DNA of 64,000 nt from the human T2T-CHM13v2.0 reference genome, Homo sapiens. Each line of letters starts with the position of its first letter. Positions within the stretch are counted from its first letter, which is position 1. The notes beneath the pieces were generated by a model. That model ran no database searches. It was given only the letters and a program-made list of their open reading frames with translations, and was not told where the DNA came from. The position numbers and the translations under genes were made by a program. The DNA lies in assembly GCF_009914755.1 (NCBI RefSeq), contig NC_060929.1. One strand, 5' to 3'. This document shows, piece by piece, positions 58,421-64,000 of the stretch.

Positions 58421-60328
58421 GTATAATCTTTCTTCACAAAGTCCTCACGTTTCAGAAACATTAACTATGAAGCATTGTCTCCTGACAGTAGTATTGCAGT
58501 ACAAGACAGGGGATTCAAAATCTAAGTAGTTGAGGGTTTTTATATAGTCATTCACTAAATTATTAATTAAGATGTATATCTATATCTATATGTTTTCCAC
58601 ACTCTTGAATATATGCAAAATTTTACTAATAAAGCATTAAAATATTAAAAAAAAATAAAATATTAAGTCCAATGACTAACAGTTAGTAAGCAATAAATGT
58701 TTCTTTAGTGTTTACTATTTTTCATCTCTTTAAAAAATATATTTACATATAGATAAATACAGTAAATGCATATATGTTACGTGTGTGTGTGTGCAACTGA
58801 CTAAACTGTCATTAGAATGAAAATTTAAATAACTTATTTGTACTTTTTGAAGAATGACTTTTTTTGTAGCCAATACTATCTAGTTCTAAACAAAAAAATA
58901 ATTACTATGATACATACAATCTAAATTTTCTTAGAGATCATATTTTATATATGTAACCCCCTTTTAACCCTTTCATAAAACATACCATGGGTTATCATCA
59001 TAATTAAACAAGATACAAAGATTATAATTAATTTTGTGGCACCCTTGTGCAATATAGAGAAAATGAGATAATTATTAAATAGGTGAGTTATAAATGGATA
59101 GGGACTTGTGAAACGTTTATTACTGAAAATACATTATTCACATCCACAAATAATGCTTCTGTGGGATGTTATACAGGAATGGAAAATAACCTTGTTATGA
59201 GGTGTCACATACCTCAATGGCCTTTTTTAGAATAGGATTTTGTCTGTAATTTAATGAAAGGTCACTTGTGACCTGGGTGTGCAATCTCAGCTCTTCACAT
59301 GATGAACCTCTTTCTGAAGCTATGTCTGTTCAGTTGATGATAGAACAGTTCTTATGGAAGTCCAAAAATAACACTCAGCTGAATGCACATGGCCTGGATG
59401 AACTATATTGGATATAACTGGCAGAGATTCAGAAGAATCAATTGCTCTGATTTAACCACTCAGTAAATGGACCGAAGCTGATGGTCTAAATTGAAAGTAA
59501 TAGTTGGAGTGTTCTGTGATAGCTCTGCTTCAGAGCATGTAAGACAACTTCACTGAACACTTTGAGCACCAGATGATTACATCTCAAAATTCAGTTAATA
59601 TCTTCCTGAGCAATCTATGCAATTTCTATATCACATTTCCCCACACAAATGCATTTTCACACTTTGTATAACTAATTGGACCATTGTTACTGGTGCTTTG
59701 TCAAAAACACCATCATGATGAGAAAAAACGCTTCTAGCAAAAACAATTACTACAATAATTATAGCCTAGCATAATAATAACCTCTTCTGTTTTATATCTC
59801 CATGCCTAGACTCCAAATTGTCATATATGTTTATCATTCTGATGTTAGCTGACCTATACCAACAGATGAGAAAGTAGCAAGGACACTTTCTAGTATACTT
59901 TCATTTTTATTCATACTTAGTGATATATTTAATGTAAACATGAATTTTTAGTTGGGTAATTTGGTACATATAAGTTAAATGACATGTGATTTATCTTTAT
60001 TAACCATTTCTCTTTCAATTTACATGTAAAAATAACTTTATGAACTTGTTCAAATACTTTTCTTATATCAATCATGTTGATTATTTTTACTATGATATAT
60101 ATAAATATACACTTCCCCAAATATAAAAGAAAGTTATATTTTTTCACTTTAGTGTTTGGAAAAAAGATGTATTTTTTGAACAATTTACAGAGAAACCTCA
60201 AAGATATTGCAAGTTTGGTTCCAGAAAACCACAGTAAGCAAATATTGCAATAAAGCAAGTAACATGAATTTTTTTCATTTCCCAGTTTATATAAAAGCTG
60301 TGTTTACGCTATACTATTGTCTATATAG

Positions 60329-60853
60329 TGTTGTCAGGAAACAGAAAATCTGAAAGAAAAATGTGTAAAGTGACCTGAGATGGTTGCAGTTTGGACATAT
60401 GGGTAATAGAAACGAGGCCTATGAACTAAAGCTGAACTCTCACCTGTATGGCTGGAGTCTGTCAAATATTTCACTGGCATGTACTGATTACAACCTTGCC
60501 TATCAGACAAGCACAGTCAGGATAGAATCAATCATCCATCTCCAGACCCTAAGACACCTGCATGTTTGTTTACCCTGTATACATTCACCACATATTTGCT
60601 TATCTTATATACTTGCATCACTGAGCACCAATCAAAACTGTAAGAATATCACCTTTGTTTCACTACCCCCTTCTCCTATCTTCTATGTAATATAACCTAT
60701 AAATACTGTGTCTTGTGTAGTCCACTGTGGGTACTCTCTTGGTTTGCACTGGGTCTATGTTCCCAAGACTGTTAGTCCCCAAACTTCACTCAGAATAAAA
60801 TTAACCTCAAATTTTCTTTAAGTTATAATGGCAGTTAGTTAACCTTACCATCA
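60329..60853 (+). mobile_element. ERV1-type solo LTR (~525 bp, family not identified) nested in Tigger1
   Basis: TG...CA ends, TATAAA at about 60698, AATAAA at 60794, flanking repeat ATAG(TGT). Confidence 0.7.
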
Positions 60854-62105
60854 ATAGTGTGCAATAACATTATGTCTAAAAAAGCAATGTACATAACTTA
60901 ATTTAAAATAACTCTCATCTGAGCCTTCAGCGAGTTATACATTTTTTGCTGGTGGAGGCTCTTGACTTCATACTGATGTCTGCTGACTGATGAGGGTAGT
61001 GGTTGTTGAAGGTTGAGATGGCAGTGGCAATTTCTCAAAACAAGATGATGAGGTTTGCCTCTTTGACTCTTCCTTTCAAGAAAAATTTCTCTATTGCATT
61101 CAATGTTGTTTGATAGCACTTTACCTATAGTAGAAATTCTTTTGAAATTATAGCCAATCCTCTCAAACCCTGCTGCTGTTTAATCAACTAATATATAGTA
61201 TTCTAAGTCCTTTGTTGTCATTACAAGAACGTTCACCAGGTTCCTGGTGAAGATTACAAGTATCTTCACCAGGAGTAAGTTCCAACTCAATACATTGCTT
61301 AATACATTGCTTTTTTTTTTTTTTTGCTCATGTGTAAGGCAACTTCTCATTCATTAAAGTTTATCATGAGATTGCAACAATTTTCATCTTCAGGCTCCAC
61401 TTCTACTTCTCTTGCTATTTCCATCATATCTGCAGTTAGTTCCTCTACTGAAGTTTTTAATTCCTCAAAATCATCCATGGGGTTTGAAATCAACTTCTTA
61501 TAAACTCCTATTAATGTTGATATTTTAGCCTCCTCCCATAAATCACGAATATTCTGAATGGTATCTAGAATGATGACTCTATTACAGAGTTTTTTTCAAT
61601 TTACTTTACCCAGATACATCAGAAGAATCATTGTCTATGGAAGCTATAGCCTTACAAAATATATTTCTGAAAATCATAAGACTTGAAAGTCAAAATTAAT
61701 CCTTGATCTAGGGGCTGCAGAATGGATATTGTTTTAGCAGGCATGAAAACATTAATCTTGTACATTTCCATCAGAGCTCTTGGGTGACAGGTGCATTGTT
61801 TTAATGAGCAGTAATATTTTGCAAAGAATATTTTGTTCTGAGAAGTAGGTCTTAATAGTGGGTATAAAATATTCAGTAACTCATGCTGTAAACAGATATG
61901 ATGTCATCCAGGATTTGTTGTTTTATTTATAGAGCACAGGCAAAGTACATTTAGCATAATTCTTAAGGGCCCTAGGATTCTTGGAATGGGAAACGAGCAT
62001 TGGCTTCAACTTAAAATCACCAACCAGCTGCATTAGTCTTTAACAATAGAGTCAGACTGCCTTTGAAGCTTTGAAGCCAGGCATGACTTTTCCTCTCTAG
62101 GTATG

Positions 62106-62487
62106 TGATATGGTCTGGCTCTGTGTCCCCACCCAAACCTCATCTTAAATTTTAATCTGAATTGTAATCCCCACGTGTTGAGGGAAGGACCTCGTGGGAG
62201 GTGATTAGATCATGGGTGTGATTCCCCATGCTGTTCTTATGATAGTGAGTGAGTTCTCAGAAGAGTTGATGGTTTTATAAGGGGCTTTTTCCCCCCTCAC
62301 TCTGCACTTCTTCTTCCTGCCACCTTGTGAAAAAGGTGCCTTGCTTCCCCTTTGTCTTCTGTCATGATTGTAAGTTTCCTGAGGCTTCCCGAGCTATGCA
62401 CAACTGTGAGTCAATTAAAACTCTTTCCTTCATAAATTACCCAGACTTGGGTATTTCTTTATAGCAGCATGAGAATGGACTAATACA
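62106..62487 (+). mobile_element. THE1D/MSTA solo LTR nested in Tigger1
   Basis: tgatatggtctggctctgtgtcccc...gaatggactaataca; perfect TSD GTATG. Confidence 0.93.
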
Positions 62488-64000
62488 GTATGACTATCCA
62501 AATGGCATCTTCTTCCAATATAAACTTGTTTCATCCACACTGAAAATCCAGTGTTTAGTGTAGCTGCCTTCATACATTAGCTGGATTTTCTAGATAGCTT
62601 CCTGCAGCTGCTACATCAACCCTTGCTGCTTCATGTTACATTTTTATGTCATTAAGATGGCTTCTTTCCCAAAACCTTGTGAACCAACCTCTGCTAGCTT
62701 CAAAATTTTTTTCTGCAGCTTCCTCACCTCCGTCAGTCTTCAAAGAATTGAGAAAATTTAGGGCTTTGTTCTACATTAGGTTTTGGCTTCAGGAAATGTT
62801 GTAGCTCATTTGATATTCTGTTCAGACCACAAAAAAAAATTATATCAGCATTAAGACTGATTTAATTTATTATCATTTGTATTTCCACTGGAGTAACAAT
62901 TTTAATTTCCTCCAAGAACTTTTCCTTTGTATTTACAACTTGGCTCACTTATGTGAAAGGCCTAGCTTTCAGACTCTCTTGGCTTTCAATATATCTTCAT
63001 CTTCAATCATTTCTAGCTTTTGATTTGATTTGTGAGATGTGTGAGTCTTCTTTTCACTTGAACACTTAGAGAATTATGAATTGTTATTGTTGTGTCTCAG
63101 AGAATAAGGAGGCCTAAGGAGAGAGAGCGAGCTAGAGGAATGGCCAATTGGTAGAGCAGTCAGAACACACACAACATTTATTGATTAAGTTCATCATTTT
63201 ATATGGCTGTGGTTTGTGGTACCCCAAAAACAAAAACAATTGCAATAGTAACGTCATGGATCACTAGTCCAAATAATCATAACATATATAATAATAATTT
63301 AAATGTTAGAAGTGTTGTGAGAACTAGAAAAATATGCCACAAACACATAAAGTGAGTTCATGCTGCTGGAAAAACGGTGCTGATACCTTGCTGGAACCAG
63401 GGCTGCCACAAACCTTGAATTTGTAAGAAATGTACTATCTGCAAAGTGCAATAAAGCAAAGCACAATGAAATGAGATATGCCTGTATATATAAGTGATTA
63501 TTAAGTTTATTAAGTGCATCAAATTTCGTAACAGTGCTTTAGAATCAAGAGAACATGATATGCTTAACTGACTGCAAAAATTTCCATGTGACAGGCATAT
63601 TTTTTCTGGGTCTTTGCTGTATATCTGTTCAATATGTAGCAGATACCCAATAGGTATTTGTTAAACACTAAATAGATAAAGAAGGAAGGAGAAAATAATA
63701 ACTGATATTTCAGATTCAGTAAATGTAATAGTTGGAAGTTCCAGAGGGCAGAACTAGCCCAATTTATTTATTCAGTGGGGTCTTTGATTACCTAATAGGC
63801 AGCTGACTCTGCTTAGAAGTGAGGCTGCAAAGGTGAATATAACAAGTCCCTGAACTAAGGTATCTTCAATTAAATGGTCAAGACAAGTATTCATAAAGAA
63901 TGATTATGGTGTAACACATTAATTTATGAAAAGGTAAAGATAAAAATAAATAATAGGTTGTGGAAGAGAGTTTGAAGAGTGTTAGCTGGGATAGGAAGAG

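Larger units (their letters stand above)
60188..63484 (-). mobile_element. Near full-length Tigger1 DNA transposon with two nested LTRs
   Basis: TA-flanked TIRs cagagaaacctcaaagatattgc ... gcacaatgaaatgagatatgcctg; about 2.38 kb after removing the inserts. Confidence 0.93.

Overview
Human-like (hominoid) AT-rich, CpG-poor intergenic or deep-intronic DNA. No supportable host protein-coding exon or RNA gene; all ORFs in the track are explained by repeats or chance. Much of the window is transposon-derived. Main elements: a 5.8-kb minus-strand HERV-H provirus (9174-14999; two 452-bp LTR7s, tRNA-His PBS, GACTG TSD, decayed gag-pro-pol) sitting in an L2; an Hsmar2 mariner interrupted by a chimeric Alu; a near full-length Tigger1 with two nested LTRs; THE1/MST/MLT1/LTR13/MER41 LTRs; several L1s (one twin-primed, triple-nested) and nine Alus. 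I found no new gene system. The most interesting signals are mutational scars and regulatory changes: (1) an old-AluS/young-AluYa chimera that replaced about 300 bp of Hsmar2; (2) both HERV-H LTRs carry AACAAA instead of the AATAAA poly(A) signal; (3) a MER41 LTR split into oppositely oriented halves with a templated insert and a nearby 102-bp duplication; (4) a patchwork at about 50.4-50.7 kb copied from sequence 3-4 kb away; (5) two snap-back hairpin insertions. Family names come from recalled consensus sequences, not from a database search.
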